A program made the translations under genes and the position numbers. From Oculina patagonica (lineage: Eukaryota): DNA of 64,000 nucleotides. The notes below the pieces were generated by a model. The model did no database searches and was not told where the DNA came from. It saw only the letters and a program-made list of their open reading frames with translations. The DNA lies in the NCBI RefSeq assembly GCF_052425735.1, contig NC_135760.1, forward strand, positions 21,204,001 through 21,268,000. Reading direction: 5' to 3'. Of the stretch, positions 60,820-64,000 are shown in pieces (position 1 is the first letter of the stretch; the number at the start of each line of letters is the position of its first letter).

Positions 60820-62782
60820 TTTTTTGAAGACCAGGAGGCAGTCGCTGGATTTCTTCGACTGCAGGTCCCGGGAGCAGCCGAAGAACCTGAAGAAAAACAG
60901 CAAAACTTTAATATAAAAATATTAATTTTCCTCAGTGACTTCTAATGTTAGTCTGAAAATTCGCTGATACATTCATGGTACTGTAAACTGCATGTCAGCT
61001 TGGCAATCCACTGAAACATAATACAAAGTTTCGATAATAAAACTATAGAGTGTTTTCATGGCAGCCATGTTGGAGAAGTCAAACAAAAGAAGATATTTGC
61101 TGAAAAAAGATTTTTTAAGATTCATTCGATTCCGTAATCATTGGGTTGTTACCTCTTCCAGTCCTCTCCAGCCCTGCGGCCGAGCCAAAAACTGAGCCAG
61201 TCGTACAGTCAGCGGTGCGTATCCTGAAAACACGTAAGCGATGTCATTCGGATTCTGCAAGAACAAATAATACAATAATAATAAATGTAAACTCCACGTG
61301 ATCCTGCAACTTTTAATAGCTATTAAATATAACTTTCAGGATGGTTTAAAATTTCAGCACTTGTTTTTTTTTTTTTTTTTACAGATGTAAGTGTACACAT
61401 GTAATTGTTTCACAGGTGTTACAAGTATATAGCCGTTTACCAGACTGGTCACATACTTCATTGCACCACAGGGTGATTTATTAAATTTAGAAAGGCGAGG
61501 ATCATATTTTTCTTTGTCAGGAGCCCACCAGGCTCCTGTCTGATAAGACTTAAAGAGCATGCTCTTTCTTTTCTTCCCAAATTTGAACAGAAGGAACAAA
61601 AAATTAGAGAGCAGCTCTATGTTCTGAAGAAGAAGATACGACAACAAAAACTGTCTTAACCATCGGGTGGTCACCAACAAACGTGTTCATCCACGCCCTT
61701 TCCCCTTCTTCCCCCTTTAAATCTAGCCGAGTAAGCCAGCTAAAGAAACAAATCACCGCTCACCTGTTCCTGAACGTCTTCAACGACAAGCTTTAGTGAC
61801 TTGCGCAGTACATTGTAAGATCGAGACGTCTGCGTTCTCAACAAGCCAGCGGACTCCAGCGGAGAAAGCGTCCTGTACGCATGCTCAAAACCATACGTCT
61901 ATAAGAACATAAAAATTGGAAAAGGAAAAACGGGAATTATCAGAAAGATAGTTTTGTATCAGCATAGTACATGTATAGAACAGTTTTTTGAACAATATGA
62001 CTAAGCAAGGCATACATAATGTCACTAAGCAACATCGCTTAAGAATGAGGGTCGAAAACGTTTGTTGTTTCACAAACTAAAACATTCAACACAACAAGAC
62101 AACGGACAACACCAACCTGTAGAATTTCACGACAGTAGAACTCCAGCATCTTGGGCTTGAAGCCGTTATTCGTCAAACACTGAGCACACAGCAGACGAAG
62201 AACCTTATGAAAAGTAAAAGAAAATTAAGAAAATTAACGGCAGTTAAGTAGCGTACACGACAGTTGCGAGATGGGAGGAGAGGGTCGGGGGAAAACAAGC
62301 GCGGAACACGCTTTTCCTGTCCCTTTCACGTACCTGCTTTTTAGGGTAGGAGAGTCAGTGGTCACGAACTTCGTCAATTAGTGCTAAACGTAACTAGATG
62401 TGAATATGTAGACAGGACTGCAGAAAAATTTATTTGAAGCCTTGTGTATTGCTTAGCGAATCATACACCCCGTTTTTCGGAAAATATAACGTATGACTAC
62501 AATTTTACTGCGTCGGCAGTCGAGTGACTTCGGTATCAACTTCAAGGTGGTGAAGGTAAATTCCACCTTAGCCAGTTTGTGAAGCTTCCAAAACTGAGAG
62601 GAAATCCTAATGACTGAGGGCTAATTGCCACTATGGCCACCCTAAGGTGGCTACTGTTTTATTAGGTGTTATGTACAGGTAATGCATGTTCTCTTTGCCT
62701 ACCGTTATAAGCGGTTTCTTTATTCCAAAACATTTCTCTATGTAAGGGTTGATTTTGTCCGTGTCCAGACCTTGCGCCAGTT
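60820..62782 (-). CDS. VPS33A: VPS33A 3' exons, copy C proximal part (62703-62782, 62117-62203, 61764-61898, 61153-61254, 60820-60886)
   Basis: Same five peptides as the first five exons of copy B, with intact splice sites. Confidence 0.85.
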
Positions 62783-63499
62783 CTGAGAAGAAAATAGAAA
62801 AGGAGAATATAATAGGAATATATTAATGAATATCAAATACTTTGGTAATTTTTTTTATTTTTTGAAAAGATGTGTCGGTAAAGTTCAGAGCCACCTTATA
62901 TTTTTATTTACGTAATGTGACTCTGAAGCCTCTCGAACAGTGGTGTACTTCAAACATAGTTTTAGCCATAATTATCAGAGCGAAATAGTTATGAAGTCAC
63001 TGATGGAAAAAATGGCGAATTCGGTTTTTGCGCGAATTCATCATTGATTGAGGGAAGAGGAGGCGGGGGGTGCATTTCTCCAAGATTGAGCCTAGCGTTT
63101 TAAATTGTTTTATTGGTGACAACAGAAAACGGAGTAGCCGAAAAAGGAATTGGGAGGAGGGTTCGCATTACAACAATGAATAATACAATCATAGCTGGCA
63201 TCTGTGTTCACATTTTGCCTCATTAGCATACGACTTTTGCGAAGAGAAGGCACACTGCTACACAGCTATTTTATTAACGTTGACAGATGGTCTTGGTATT
63301 CACTAACATTTGCATATTGGCTTAAAGAAAATGTAAAAGTTTGTATTTTTGCACGTGAAGAATTCATGAATTTGTTTTCCTCTCAGGAGGCATTTTTCTG
63401 TAGCTTTACTTTCACTGTCGAGTGGCTTTGAAAAGTCTTCTAACTTCAATGTACCTTGTTCAACGTTTTTTTTGAAGCTCGGTCGGAGACTGAAGCTCT

Positions 63500-64000
63500 T
63501 ATACTAATCAAAAAAATTATTGTAAACAAAAGCCACGAACCATAATTAATCAAACACAGAAGGGCGGCTGTTGGCTTTTGTCCACAAAAAGGAATATACA
63601 TTTTGAATTACGAAGTAGGATTAAGCGAGTTACAAGACAAAACAAACCGGCTTAGAAAGAGATATACGGGAATTTATAGCGGGAAGAAGCAAATTACGTA
63701 CCAGAGGTTGCGAAAAACCGTAACGTATTAATTTAATTAGGTATGATTGAACAATTATTGCGTGACAACACCAAAGAACGTTTGCGTGACAGTCCCTTCC
63801 TAGCGATAGCACAGAGCATATTACAATTTACATTGACGTCAGTGGGTCGCCGCCCGCAGATCAACAGCCTAATTGATTGCTTTCGCCTGGAAACAGAAAA
63901 TATTATTCTGTTTGTTTTCAACCAGTACAGTGTAGCCGACGGAAAAACTACAATCTCAACTACACTTCGTTTCGTATTTCAGTTAATTATTAACCCGGGA
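63500..64000 (+). promoter_or_regulatory. Upstream region of a probable fourth ARM-TIR-SAM paralogue
   Basis: Collinear with about 20780-21289, ending in the shared GGAAAAACTACAATCTCAACTACACTTCGTTTCGTATTTCAGTTAATTATTAACCCGGGA, which lies about 170 bp before the paralogue 3 ATG. Confidence 0.75.

Overview
This is AT-rich, intron- and repeat-rich animal DNA. The gene set and SINE/MITE styles suggest a cnidarian such as a stony coral, which is my inference. Two 500-N gaps (29142-29641, 60152-60651) split it into three contigs. Left contig: three intronless paralogues of an ARM-repeat / TIR / SAM protein (SARM1 parts in a different order). Two carry an N-myristoylation motif, and the third is inverted and interrupted by a hAT-like MITE. 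They are interleaved with duplicated, antisense 3' exon blocks of VPS33A. Middle contig: TMEM248 (+), a PRDM9-type gene (-) with partial KRAB, SSXRD, zinc knuckle, SET and an 84-bp zinc-finger minisatellite cut off by in-frame stops, a TIM21/COA1-like gene (-), and the first seven exons of VPS33A (+). Right contig: more VPS33A 3' exons (-) and the upstream region of a probable fourth ARM-TIR-SAM gene just past the window end. The best candidate for an undescribed system is the repeated unit made of an ARM-TIR-SAM putative NADase immune receptor and the VPS33A 3' half. Two of the VPS33A halves differ almost only at synonymous sites. All alignments and counts were done by eye.
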